A stretch of 64,000 bases of DNA from Pyrinomonadaceae bacterium (lineage in GTDB: Bacteria > Acidobacteriota > Blastocatellia > Pyrinomonadales > Pyrinomonadaceae): positions 1,186-65,185 of the forward strand of contig JBGTJP010000007.1 in assembly GCA_041745075.1 (NCBI GenBank), given 5' to 3'. The translations under genes were made by a program, and so were the position numbers. The notes under the pieces are model-generated. The model was not told the DNA's origin and ran no database searches. It was given only the letters and a program-made list of their open reading frames with translations. Every line of letters begins with the position of its first letter. Within the stretch, counting starts at the first letter, position 1. Positions 1 to 9,476 of the stretch are shown piece by piece.

Positions 1-730
1 GCGTCGCCTGCCCGGCAACGCCGTTGGCCGTTCCGCCCTGGCCCGCACTTGGAACTCCGCATGATTCGGGTGTTGCGGCCGAGGTAGGCGGGGCATTGTT
101 CTCATACTTAACTATCTTGTTGTTCTTAAAACTGACACCGACGATCTGATTCCCGCCGCTTATCGGATCTTTGATGCCGATATTGACCAGCCGTTCTCCG
201 TTTACGACGGTGGTCGGCGGCATTGCCTCGTAGAATTCCAGTTTTTTTGCTTTGCGTTTTGCGGTGAACTCGGGTACTTGATCGATCAGATCGTACGCGG
301 CATCTATCTCAGGCCGGCCGACACCCGGCACCGTATTCATCCAGAGAACGGAAACCGGTTCGGTCCCGGCGAAATCACTTTCGGCGTAAAGCGTCAGATC
401 GGTGGAGTAGTTGTAATAGATCACACGAAAACGTGTCGGGGGGCGTGATGCCTGGGCCTTGGTCTCGCTTTCGTCGTATAGGTATTCAAAACCGAGTTCG
501 CGGAAATTTGCTCCGTTCAGCTCTCGTTTAACAGCTTCGCTCGATGCAACACGCTGTTGGGCCGAATCGACATCCGCTTGGTTAGGGCCCCAGGGAACCA
601 CTTTTATATTTAATTTTTTGTCAGCCCTTTTCGAACGGGCGGGCACATTTTCCGGGTCGCTGGCGGCCACGGACAACACCATCAGTGACACGCTAATAAG
701 TGCCAGCGCAAATGAAGACTTCCTGTACAT
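1..730 (-). CDS. hypothetical secreted protein (partial, runs off window start)
   Basis: Own minus-strand translation: ATG at 730-728 preceded by GGAG, then MYRKSSFALALISVSLMVLSVAAS... (signal-peptide-like). The frame stays open to position 1, so it is absent from the ORF track. The listed + ORF 459..791 is antisense to it. Confidence 0.6.
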   Translation of the reverse strand, partial: MYRKSSFALALISVSLMVLSVAASDPENVPARSKRADKKLNIKVVPWGPNQADVDSAQQRVASSEAVKRELNGANFRELGFEYLYDESETKAQASRPPTRFRVIYYNYSTDLTLYAESDFAGTEPVSVLWMNTVPGVGRPEIDAAYDLIDQVPEFTAKRKAKKLEFYEAMPPTTVVNGERLVNIGIKDPISGGNQIVGVSFKNNKIVKYENNAPPTSAATPESCGVPSAGQGGTANGVAGQAT

Positions 731-870
731 CGATACTCCTTTGAAAAAAACAGATAGAAACAGCGGCGAGAAGCTCAACTACTACAAATAGCACTAATTA
801 GCCCCTCCGGTCAAGATTTTCCCGGATCAGGAATTTAGGACGATCAGCCCAAAATAGTGCTTTTTTGAAG

Positions 871-3390
871 CTATTTACATTTTGAATAACCGCAGTCACG
901 GCAAAAATCACAGCCTGAAGCGTGTTCGAGCTGCCCTCGGCATTCCGGGCATTCGCCGATAAGGTTGGACATCACGGCTGATTCGTACTCGGTCGCCGGA
1001 TCCTGTTTGTCGACACGCTGTGTTTCCGGCAGGTTCTTCAAGCGGCGGTCGATGAGGAGCAAACATTCGGCGACGGCTTGTTCCGGCGAGGTTAACAGCC
1101 GTTTATTGAACCAAACGGCATGCGTGCCCGTTACCTTGTTCAAGCTTCGCGCGACCTCAGGCACTTCAAATCCGCCGCGCAGCATTTTTGAGGCGAGAAG
1201 TCCCACGCCCTGGCTTATCGGCCCGGTCGCGAACACTTCAAGGATCCGCTCGCCGTTGTGGTTGACCGTTACATAAAGGTTCTGATTTTCAAACTGGATC
1301 CGCCAGGTCGATCCTTGAAGTTCGCGGGGACGCTCTGTTCGCTGCGACGCAGAGACCGTGTGACGCAGTGACGACGCGATCTCAGATCCTTCAGCCGACT
1401 GTTTGTTGTCTCCTGGTCGCGCTGTCTGTGGGCCCGCTTTCATCGAGTTCAGCACCTGCCCTTCTCGGCTGCCATCGCGATAATAACTGACGGCCTTGCA
1501 GCCAAGTTCGCGGGCAAGATGATAGAGTTCGTCAACCGATTCGATAGTATCGTCGGCTGCGCCGTTACAGGTTTTTGATATAGCGTTATCGACATGCTTT
1601 TGCGCGGCGGCCAGCACCCTAACGTGATCGATCGATTTGATCTCCATCGCCGAAATGAAGTGCGGGGGGAGGTTGTCCTGATTCTCCACAACATACTCGG
1701 CGGCGGATTTGATCGAAGCTTCGTCAGTCTGATCGACCTCAAGACCGAGTGCCTCGGCCGCGGGCGTGTGAACGTAAGTTCGCGTGCCTACCGTATCTTG
1801 TCGTACGTAAGCCCACGAAAAATTGGGCTCGATTCCGGACGACGTTTCAGCCACAAGTGAGATCGTGCCGGTCGGTGCAATGGTCGTTACCTCATAGTTT
1901 CGGGGCGTAATCGCGATGCCGTCCGGAATGCCTATCTCGTCGCGCAGGAATTTTGTATATGCCGCTCGGTTGGCTTCAAATTCGGGGAATACGCCTTTTT
2001 TCGCGCCAAGCAGAAGAGAAGCGACCCATGATTCGCGGCGGACAAACCCCATAACCCGTTCGACCAGATCAAGCGACCCCTGCTCGCCGTATGTCACACC
2101 AAGCCGCAGGCAAAGGTCCGCAAATCCCATTATTCCAAGCCCGACCGGACGCGTCCTTTTTACTACATCGTCGATCTCGGGCAGCGGAAAATATCCTGCA
2201 TCTACTACGTTATCCAAAAACTGTGTGCTTCGGTGGATGGTTCGTGCCAACCGCTCCCAATCGATGCTCCCGTCTATCGACCCGGCATCATCGCCGTCCG
2301 TGTAAAATTTCGCGACATCTATCGAACCAAGATTGCACGAATTGTTGAAATGCAGCTGCTGCTCGCCGCAAGGGTTGCAGGCATAGATCGGGCCCATCGA
2401 CTCCATCAGATGGTTATGCCGGTTGACTTGATCGATAAAGATTATTCCCGGCTCGGCATACTTGTGTGCCGAAGCGATGATGCGTTTCCATATGTCCGGG
2501 GCATAGACCATTCCGGGCATCGGCGGTTGCTCGGCGGTGCAGTCGGAAAGATCGGCTATCTCGAAGGCGAACTTGTCGGCAAACGTTGCGATTGAACCAT
2601 CAGCACGCCGGTAAAGCAAATAATCCGCACCGGCCACGGGATCGAAAACCGGCTGCGTCCACGGCTCGCCGTTGAATTCGGTTTGGAACCAGACGCCGCG
2701 GTCCACAGCCTCCATGAAAGCGTCGGTAACAGTGACCGATATATTGAAATTCGTCAGGCTGCTCTGGTCGTTCTTGGCGTGAATAAAGCGCAGAATGTCG
2801 GGATGATTGACGCTTAGGATGCCCATATTTGCACCGCGTCTGACGCCGCCCTGCTTCACGACCTCGGTCGTTTGATTGACGATGTTCATGAAGCTGACCG
2901 GTCCCGACGCCACGCCGCGAGTCGAATTCACCATCGAGCCAGCGGGCCGAAGGAATTCATAGCTCATTCCCGTCCCACCGCCGGTTTGGTGGATGATCGC
3001 GACATTCTGGGCGTGTTCCATGATGCCTTCGATCGAATCCGGCACGTTCAGGACAAAACACGCGGCCAACTGGCCTTTAGGTTTGCCGGCGTTTACCAGG
3101 CACGGCGTATTCGGGATAAACTCGCGGTCGAGCATGATCGCGGTCATATCGTTGTAGAATGCGTTCCTCTCTGCCGGGTCAGCTTCGGCGGCGGAAACAT
3201 GTCCCACGACACGGCGGACGATATCGGCCCATGTCTCCAGAGGTTCACCGTTCTCGTCCTTGATCGAATAGCGTTTAGCGACGACCTTCTCCGCGTTCAG
3301 GCCAAGCGGTTTGGATATATACTGCGGAACGCTTAAGGCGTCTTCTTCGGGCCGCGCTTTTACGGTTGCTGATTCAAAGGCCTGGCTCAT
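871..3390 (-). CDS. nrdJ: adenosylcobalamin-dependent class II ribonucleotide reductase
   Basis: 839-aa ORF with core stretches typical of NrdJ ([16 protein letters not shown]). It has a C-terminal Cys-rich zinc ribbon (CPECRGQ...[12 protein letters not shown]). Confidence 0.93.
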   Translation of the reverse strand: MSQAFESATVKARPEEDALSVPQYISKPLGLNAEKVVAKRYSIKDENGEPLETWADIVRRVVGHVSAAEADPAERNAFYNDMTAIMLDREFIPNTPCLVNAGKPKGQLAACFVLNVPDSIEGIMEHAQNVAIIHQTGGGTGMSYEFLRPAGSMVNSTRGVASGPVSFMNIVNQTTEVVKQGGVRRGANMGILSVNHPDILRFIHAKNDQSSLTNFNISVTVTDAFMEAVDRGVWFQTEFNGEPWTQPVFDPVAGADYLLYRRADGSIATFADKFAFEIADLSDCTAEQPPMPGMVYAPDIWKRIIASAHKYAEPGIIFIDQVNRHNHLMESMGPIYACNPCGEQQLHFNNSCNLGSIDVAKFYTDGDDAGSIDGSIDWERLARTIHRSTQFLDNVVDAGYFPLPEIDDVVKRTRPVGLGIMGFADLCLRLGVTYGEQGSLDLVERVMGFVRRESWVASLLLGAKKGVFPEFEANRAAYTKFLRDEIGIPDGIAITPRNYEVTTIAPTGTISLVAETSSGIEPNFSWAYVRQDTVGTRTYVHTPAAEALGLEVDQTDEASIKSAAEYVVENQDNLPPHFISAMEIKSIDHVRVLAAAQKHVDNAISKTCNGAADDTIESVDELYHLARELGCKAVSYYRDGSREGQVLNSMKAGPQTARPGDNKQSAEGSEIASSLRHTVSASQRTERPRELQGSTWRIQFENQNLYVTVNHNGERILEVFATGPISQGVGLLASKMLRGGFEVPEVARSLNKVTGTHAVWFNKRLLTSPEQAVAECLLLIDRRLKNLPETQRVDKQDPATEYESAVMSNLIGECPECRGQLEHASGCDFCRDCGYSKCK

Positions 3391-3564
3391 CCTGATAATT
3401 CTCCTTATTGAACTGCGGCGCAGAACAGTAAAAGGTAATCCCTCAATTTAACTCTATTTTAACACCTGGGTTTGACTTTACGAAAGGCAATATCGACCGG
3501 ATCGGGTTTACCGATATTTGAGCAAATCGTAGAGCATCTTGCCGTTTATGTCAACAGATTTTCC

Positions 3565-3609
3565 ACAACATATCGTTGTTATTTGCATTGAGGCAACAAC
3601 GAATGGTGT
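3565..3609 (-). promoter_or_regulatory. candidate tandem NrdR-box-like operators upstream of nrdJ
   Basis: Two partial palindromes: ACAAC-atatc-GTTGT (3565-3579) and ACAAC-gaat-GGTGT (3596-3609). Their centres are about 31 bp apart, in the 5' region of nrdJ. The match to the published 16-bp NrdR consensus is only partial. Confidence 0.35.
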
Positions 3610-3782
3610 AAGTCGAAAAGTCAGCTCTACCGAGCATCTGTGATCTCTCATCTATTATCTATCATTTAATGCGGATGTCCCCGCTTGGCTTTATAATTGA
3701 TTAGATGATGAGAGATTTCCAGATCATGCCGGCAATGTCGTTCAGAGAAACGGATGAATCCTAACACGATAAAATTCGACAC

Positions 3783-3809
3783 AAAAAAGCCGCCATTCAT
3801 AAGGCGGCT
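3783..3809 (-). terminator. rho-independent terminator downstream of the bacilliredoxin-like gene
   Basis: Stem agccgcc/ggcggct (3788-3794 and 3803-3809) with an 8-nt loop. On the minus strand it is followed by a T6 run (A-run 3783-3788 on +). It lies just after the stop at 3831. Confidence 0.6.
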
Positions 3810-3830
3810 CAACCGGTAAATTCCTATGGC

Positions 3831-4274
3831 TTAGTTATTAGCGGTTTCCGCCTTTGCGCAATGCTCAGTAAACGCCTGAGCAAGAGCATCGGCGATGACA
3901 AAAGGCGGACGGCCCTCAAGATCTTTTCGCTCGAACATCTGAACCAGCTTTCCGTCTTTAATAAAACCGATCGAAGGCGACGACGGAGCGTATCCGGTAA
4001 ACAATTCGCGGGCCGTGTCGGTCGCGTCGATGTCGGCACCGGCAAAGACGGTGATCGAACGGTCGGGCTTAACCGGCGATTGGTCAAGCGCCATCGCGAT
4101 ACCGGGGCGAACGCCGCCGGCGGCACATCCACAGACCGAGTTAACCACAACCATCAGCGTTCCGTCCGTACCCTTCACGGCTGCATCGACGGCTTCGGGT
4201 GTTTTTGTTTCTTCGATCCCAAGCTGCGCAAGTTCGGCACGCATGCCGTGGATCATCATTTCGGGATAAGGCAT
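3831..4274 (-). CDS. bacilliredoxin-like protein (YphP/YqiW, DUF1094 family)
   Basis: Contains the SVCGCAAG redox motif of the YphP/YqiW family. I chose the internal ATG at 4274 (MPYPEMMIHG...) because it is preceded by GGAGA. The ORF track extends to 4331. Confidence 0.75.
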   Translation of the reverse strand: MPYPEMMIHGMRAELAQLGIEETKTPEAVDAAVKGTDGTLMVVVNSVCGCAAGGVRPGIAMALDQSPVKPDRSITVFAGADIDATDTARELFTGYAPSSPSIGFIKDGKLVQMFERKDLEGRPPFVIADALAQAFTEHCAKAETANN

Positions 4275-4434
4275 AATTTCTCCTGTTTTTTCAAATTCGC
4301 GGCCAGTCTGAATACCTGACCTTTTTTTCAAGTATCAGTTACCCGGCGGTGTATAGTCAAGTTCGAGATCGTTTTCGGACCCTGTTTGCCGAGGCGGTGC
4401 ATATCACTTACTATTGGTGTTTATTTGAAAATAA

Positions 4435-4992
4435 ATGGGAATCGAGATCGAAAAAAAGTACCGGCTTGATAAGAAAAAGCTGGTTGAGCTGACGGCAAAG
4501 CTGGGCGAACTCGGCGCCGAGTTTCGCAGCGAGGTGTTTGAAGAAAACTACCTTCATCGCGGCGGGCTTATCGATGAACGCGGGGCCGTGCTGCGCCTTC
4601 GCAAGATCGGCGACCGGACGATCCTGACCTACAAGGAACGACTCAGAAATGAATCAGACATCAAGCACCGCACCGAATACGAGACGGATGTTGCGGATGT
4701 TGATGCGATGGAAAAGATCATACAAAGTCTTGGATACAAGCTCTCGGTGGTTTATGAAAAGCACCGAAAAACCTGGCATTTTCTGGATGTCGAGGTCGTG
4801 CTGGACGAGCTGCCATTCGGCCTTTTTATGGAGATAGAAGGCGAGGTCGAGGCAATAAACGAAGCAGAGAGGGCCCTTGAGATTCAGGACCTTGAACCGG
4901 AGCCACGCGGTTATCCACGGCTCGCCGTAAAGTTCGGCACGATCGTCGAGGAAGTTTCCGAAGCAAGATTTGAAAAGAAAACAGCCGTGTGA
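4435..4992 (+). CDS. CYTH-domain protein (class IV adenylate cyclase / triphosphatase family)
   Basis: N-terminal IEIEKKY (ExExK) signature and a length of about 185 aa, typical of CYTH/CyaB-like enzymes. Confidence 0.8.
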   Translation: MGIEIEKKYRLDKKKLVELTAKLGELGAEFRSEVFEENYLHRGGLIDERGAVLRLRKIGDRTILTYKERLRNESDIKHRTEYETDVADVDAMEKIIQSLGYKLSVVYEKHRKTWHFLDVEVVLDELPFGLFMEIEGEVEAINEAERALEIQDLEPEPRGYPRLAVKFGTIVEEVSEARFEKKTAV

Positions 4993-5064
4993 GCAGGGGT
5001 TAAGAAGGCCCCCTATTGTCATAAAACTGCGCGTTTCGTCGTTTGGACAAATTACACCTTAGCG

Positions 5065-7191
5065 TCAGGCCCCAATGTCCTGGCCGACAAACCTCATCTG
5101 GGCGTCAAATGTTTCGCCCCCCGAAGCCTTTCGGTAGGTTCCATCCGGGCGTAGGATACGTGCGTTCGTGTTGTCTTTCAGATAGCTTCCCAGAATTTCA
5201 TCGCGCAGATATGCTCTTATTCCCGGGTCGATGACCGGTACGACTATTTCGACCCGGCGATCAAGATTTCGCGACATCCAATCCGCACTGCCGATATACA
5301 CTTCATCCTCGCCGCCGTTCGCGAAATAAAGTATCCGGCTGTGTTCAAGAAATCGCCCGACGATCGAACGGACACGGATATTTGACGAAAGTCCTTTTAC
5401 TCCGGGACGAAGGGCGCATATTCCGCGAATGATCAGATCGATCTCGACCCCTGCGTGCGACGCGTCGTAAAGTTCCTGAATAAGATCTTCGTCGGTAAGG
5501 CTGTTCACCTTGACAATGATCCGCGCCGACTTTCCCGCGAGTTTGTTTGTTCGCTCTCTTCTGATCAAATCGGTCAACTTCTCGCGCATATTCAATGGCG
5601 CGACAGACAGCCGCTGATACTTGTCCTGCTGTGAATAACCCGTCAGAAAATTAAAGAGGCTGGTCGCGTCTTCGGCGATCTCTTCATCCGCCGTGAAAAG
5701 TCCCAGGTCGGTGTAAAGGCGCGACGTCGTCGGATTATAATTACCTGTACCAAGGTGCACATAACGGACGAGCTTGCCCTTCTCACGCCTGACAACAAGC
5801 AGCACCTTGGAATGTGTTTTCAACGAACTAATGCCGTAAACGACGTGCACACCCTCATTTTCAAGCCGACGCGCCCATTCGATATTGTTTTCTTCGTCGA
5901 ATCTCGCTTTTAGCTCGACGAGGGCCGTGACCTGTTTGCCCAAGAGCACCGCTCGGATCAGCGAGTTTACGATTGGTGAATCCTTGCCCGTGCGATAGAG
6001 GCAAATTTTGATCGCCCGGACATCGGGGTCTTCGGCGGCCAGAGCGAGAAAATCCGTAACAACCGAGAACGACGTGTAAGGATGGTGAAGAAGCACGTCC
6101 TGTTTTTTAAGAACGTCAAAAATACTCTTTTTCTCAAGCAGCACCGATGGATGAACGATCGAGATCGGCCTGTCCTTGAGTTCAGGACGGTCGAGCGAAT
6201 AAAGCTGCATAAGGTCTGGGATGTCGAGAAAGCCATCGACCTTGAAAACATCCTGTTCCGTCAGGCCGATACCGTCGGTAAGCAGCTTAAGCATTTTTTC
6301 GGGCATCGCCTCGGAGACTTCGAGCCGGACTGGAAAACGGAACCGCCGCCGCTGGAGTTCGTTCTCAAGCGTCCGCATAAGGTCGCCCGCCTCGTCTTCG
6401 CGCAGTTCGATGTCCGCATCCCGCGTCACCCTGAACAAATATCCGTCGCTCGCCTTCATCTTTGGGAACAAGGCCTGAGCATTTGCGGCCACAACCTCTT
6501 CCATCAGGGCAAACCGTCCGTTCTTTTCACTTATCGGTATCAGCCGCGGCAATTTCGGCGGCAGCTTTATGCGTGCAAAGCGCTTTTGACGGAAAAGATG
6601 TTTTAAGTTCTTTTGTGTGACATTCCGGTTGGGCTCGATGAAAATGCCGATGTTAACGCTAAGGTTCGAAATATAAGGAAACGGGTGGCTTGAATCGACC
6701 GATTGCGGCGTAAGGATAGGGAAAAGATTGTCGCGAAAATATTTATCGAGTTTTCTCCTGTCCTTGGCATTTAGTGACCTGTAAGGCTCAATCGTGATCT
6801 TTGCCTCCGCAAGATCCGGCAGCACGCGATCTCTCAAATAGTTGACCTGCCGTTTCACCATCGGCCGAAGGCGTTTGCCTATCTCACGGATTTGTTCGGC
6901 CGCGGTCATACCGTCAGCCGACAGTTCGCTGACGCCCTCGTTAACCTGTTCCTTCAACCCCGACACGCGGATCATAAAAAACTCATCAAGGTTTGTCGAA
7001 AAGATCGAAAGAAATTTTAGGCGTTCGAGGACCGGCAGGTTCTGGTCCATTGCCTCGTCGAGCACCCGGCGGTTGAATTCCAGCCAGCTCAGCTCACGGT
7101 TAAACAGCGTCGCCCCGTCGAAGGCTTCGGTGGACGAGTCAACAATCGATTCGGATGTAACCTTGGATGCTTTTATATCGCCGTGGATCAT
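5065..7191 (-). CDS. ppk: polyphosphate kinase 1
   Basis: 708 aa. FNRELSWLEFNRRVL and LKFLSIFSTNLDEFFMIR near the N-terminus and ...THSKVLLVVRRE... in the PLD-like C-terminal half are classic PPK1 stretches. Confidence 0.95.
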   Translation of the reverse strand: MIHGDIKASKVTSESIVDSSTEAFDGATLFNRELSWLEFNRRVLDEAMDQNLPVLERLKFLSIFSTNLDEFFMIRVSGLKEQVNEGVSELSADGMTAAEQIREIGKRLRPMVKRQVNYLRDRVLPDLAEAKITIEPYRSLNAKDRRKLDKYFRDNLFPILTPQSVDSSHPFPYISNLSVNIGIFIEPNRNVTQKNLKHLFRQKRFARIKLPPKLPRLIPISEKNGRFALMEEVVAANAQALFPKMKASDGYLFRVTRDADIELREDEAGDLMRTLENELQRRRFRFPVRLEVSEAMPEKMLKLLTDGIGLTEQDVFKVDGFLDIPDLMQLYSLDRPELKDRPISIVHPSVLLEKKSIFDVLKKQDVLLHHPYTSFSVVTDFLALAAEDPDVRAIKICLYRTGKDSPIVNSLIRAVLLGKQVTALVELKARFDEENNIEWARRLENEGVHVVYGISSLKTHSKVLLVVRREKGKLVRYVHLGTGNYNPTTSRLYTDLGLFTADEEIAEDATSLFNFLTGYSQQDKYQRLSVAPLNMREKLTDLIRRERTNKLAGKSARIIVKVNSLTDEDLIQELYDASHAGVEIDLIIRGICALRPGVKGLSSNIRVRSIVGRFLEHSRILYFANGGEDEVYIGSADWMSRNLDRRVEIVVPVIDPGIRAYLRDEILGSYLKDNTNARILRPDGTYRKASGGETFDAQMRFVGQDIGA

Positions 7192-7272
7192 ATGGACAAT
7201 CTCTAATTATAGACGAAGCTGCCCAAATGGTGTTTTAAATTCGTGTTAAGGGAATGTTACAGCAATTGCGGC

Positions 7273-7851
7273 TTATTTCAAGATAGTAACCTTTGTTCCG
7301 GCGGGGATCGCTTCAAAAAGCTCGGCCATTTCATCGTTTTGAAGAGCGATGCAGCCGTCGGTCCAATCGCCGGCCGTTCCGCCGCCGTGGATATAGATCT
7401 CACCGCCCAAAGCAGTTTTTTGCGGCGGCATGCCTCGTTCATTGATCGCTTTTACAATTATGTTGTGTTCGTCTTTTGTGATCAACCCGCCGGCAAGACC
7501 GCGTTTGGCATCGTCCTTTGCGGGGTAGCTGAGGCCTAAGGACAGGTGAAAACGGCTTTCGGGATTTTTTGTGAAGACATAAAACTCGCCCTCGGGCGTG
7601 CGGCCATCGCCTTCGACTTCCTTGTCGTCGTTTGGCGAAAATCCGAGCACCATCCGGAATGTTTTAACCAATTTTCCGCCGTCATAAACCTCAAGCGTCC
7701 GGGCGGATTTACGGATGGTGACGGTTGGTTCTTTCAGGCCGGTGAGTTTGGTCTTTTGCATTTCCGTCGAAGTAAGCTGCATAAACGCGGCAGTGGCACA
7801 AACCGCGAGCGTAACTGCGGTAAGAATAATAATAAAACTTTTCCGACTCAT
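7273..7851 (-). CDS. L,D-transpeptidase (YkuD domain), exported
   Basis: N-terminal hydrophobic signal and the catalytic motif IYIHGGG...DGCIAL. Confidence 0.85.
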   Translation of the reverse strand: MSRKSFIIILTAVTLAVCATAAFMQLTSTEMQKTKLTGLKEPTVTIRKSARTLEVYDGGKLVKTFRMVLGFSPNDDKEVEGDGRTPEGEFYVFTKNPESRFHLSLGLSYPAKDDAKRGLAGGLITKDEHNIIVKAINERGMPPQKTALGGEIYIHGGGTAGDWTDGCIALQNDEMAELFEAIPAGTKVTILK

Positions 7852-7926
7852 CGTTTAACGCCTCCTTTCTTAAAGTCGTGCATTTTTTGCGAGTTTTTCA
7901 ACCGGACGCGCCTCGAATTCGCAAAT

Positions 7927-8847
7927 CTATCTAACTGCGGAGACCGCCGTGGCTTTCTCCCTCATTATTCGAGCCTCATCCGGACGGCCGTTCTTTGTCC
8001 AGAATTCGGCAAGTTGATTGTAACGTTCGGCCGGATCATAATTCATCGCCCACGCAAGCTTGGCCATGCATTCGGGGCAGTCATCCAGCGGCCGCCGGTC
8101 CGTTTCTGCAAGATGGTTCGTCCCCGACATCAGGCACTCGTATTTCGTGCAATGCTTCATCGAGAACATATGCCCCGTTTCGTGCATTGCAACCTTCAAA
8201 GTCCGGTCGAGGAGCAAATCGAAGGCGGTTTTGCGCGACGGATTCGAAAACTGATAAAGGGACCAAACACCCACGCGTTCAGAAAAAGTAGCCTGGCCGA
8301 AAACAAAAGCCCACGTATCACCCGGGTACAGATCGTAGTTGGTAAATGCGATCAACGCCGCGGCATTCTTTGGAAGCAATTTTGGAAGAACGTCATCAAG
8401 AAAATAACTCGTCCTGATCTGCAGATTATTTCGGTATTCGATCTTTCGCTGCTTGTCCTTAGGAACATTTCCAAGAGCACGATCGGAATTTAGCTTTACC
8501 GGCAGATCATAGAACGCACGCAAATAGTCGGCTGTCAGGCGAATCGCTCGTCGCTGGTCTGCAGTGAATGTTCCGATCGGCTGGATGTAAATAGTTCGGC
8601 GTTCGGCGGTGGGCAAGGTCGGGTTTGAATTTAGATATTGCTCGAATGTCTCGCCCGCCTCTTTCTGCGTATCGAGCCAGTCGCCCTCCTGGACCTTCAT
8701 CGGTTTGAAGAACTGCACGACCGCGACTTTCTGTTTATCGAGTTTCTCGGCCCGCTCGTCTTTTTTTTCCGCCGTATTCGCAACCGGCGTTTCGACTGAC
8801 GAACACCCGAACGTCAGCACGGCGACAAAAAACAGAACGAGCTTCAT
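7927..8847 (-). CDS. archaemetzincin-like zinc metallopeptidase (M54), predicted lipoprotein
   Basis: HETGHMFSMKHC...CLMSG...CPEC metzincin/Cys motif. The N-terminus MKLVLFFVAVLTFGCSS looks like a lipobox. Confidence 0.78.
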   Translation of the reverse strand: MKLVLFFVAVLTFGCSSVETPVANTAEKKDERAEKLDKQKVAVVQFFKPMKVQEGDWLDTQKEAGETFEQYLNSNPTLPTAERRTIYIQPIGTFTADQRRAIRLTADYLRAFYDLPVKLNSDRALGNVPKDKQRKIEYRNNLQIRTSYFLDDVLPKLLPKNAAALIAFTNYDLYPGDTWAFVFGQATFSERVGVWSLYQFSNPSRKTAFDLLLDRTLKVAMHETGHMFSMKHCTKYECLMSGTNHLAETDRRPLDDCPECMAKLAWAMNYDPAERYNQLAEFWTKNGRPDEARIMREKATAVSAVR

Positions 8848-8853
8848 AATGCC

Positions 8854-9309
8854 TTAGACGGAATTTGTGGCCTTTTGTTCCGGACGACTGACAGTTATTT
8901 CTCGCGCGTCGTCGCCGTCACCTTCTATCTCGACTAAAATAGTTCGCGGCGGCAGCTTATAGTCGCCCAACCGCTCGGCCCATTCGATGATCGCGATCGC
9001 CCTCGGATCTTCGAGGATCTCATCAAGCCCGACCGCAAACGCGGCGTTTCCGCCTTCGATCCGCCATAGGTCGATGTGGTAAATGTTGTACTCGCCACTC
9101 TTGTAAAGATTTACAAGCGCAAAGCTTGGGCTCGTTACTTCATCGATATCAAAATCGAATGAGTTCAAAATGCCCTTCGTCAACAAAGTTTTCCCCGCTC
9201 CAAGCCCGCCAAAAAGCAATACAACATCCCCTGCCGCGAGCTCGCGACCGATCATTTCGCCAAGCTCGAATGTGGCTTCAGGCGATCTGCTTTCGACGAC
9301 TTTGTTCAT
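8854..9309 (-). CDS. tsaE: tRNA threonylcarbamoyladenosine biosynthesis ATPase TsaE
   Basis: GGLGAGKT P-loop and YjeE-like length. I chose the start at the internal ATG (MNKVVESRSPE...). Confidence 0.85.
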   Translation of the reverse strand: MNKVVESRSPEATFELGEMIGRELAAGDVVLLFGGLGAGKTLLTKGILNSFDFDIDEVTSPSFALVNLYKSGEYNIYHIDLWRIEGGNAAFAVGLDEILEDPRAIAIIEWAERLGDYKLPPRTILVEIEGDGDDAREITVSRPEQKATNSV

Positions 9310-9476
9310 TTTATGCGGGACAACCCGGATCTCTTTGAAAATTTTTAAGATGGGAAAAAATAACTTGTCACAATCCACTTTCCACTGAAGAAGTCAATTT
9401 TTTCAGTGGGTAGTGATAAGTGGTTAGTTCATAGTCAGTCTTTCGATTTTCCCTACTGAAATAATTTTAGATTTTT

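Noticed and set aside
459-791. 110-aa plus-strand ORF
   Set aside because: It is antisense to a longer minus-strand frame that has an RBS and a signal peptide and is open to the window edge. It has no motifs of its own.
3391-3830. Cobalamin riboswitch upstream of nrdJ, and a 10-bp inverted repeat atctctcatc/gatgagagat at 3643-3652/3707-3716
   Set aside because: No B12-box-like sequence is visible on either strand. The inverted repeat is real, but it lies upstream of the putative operator region and I cannot assign a function to it.
7546-8493. 315-aa plus-strand ORF
   Set aside because: It lies entirely antisense to the L,D-transpeptidase and archaemetzincin genes, has no motifs, and is a typical shadow ORF of GC-rich DNA.
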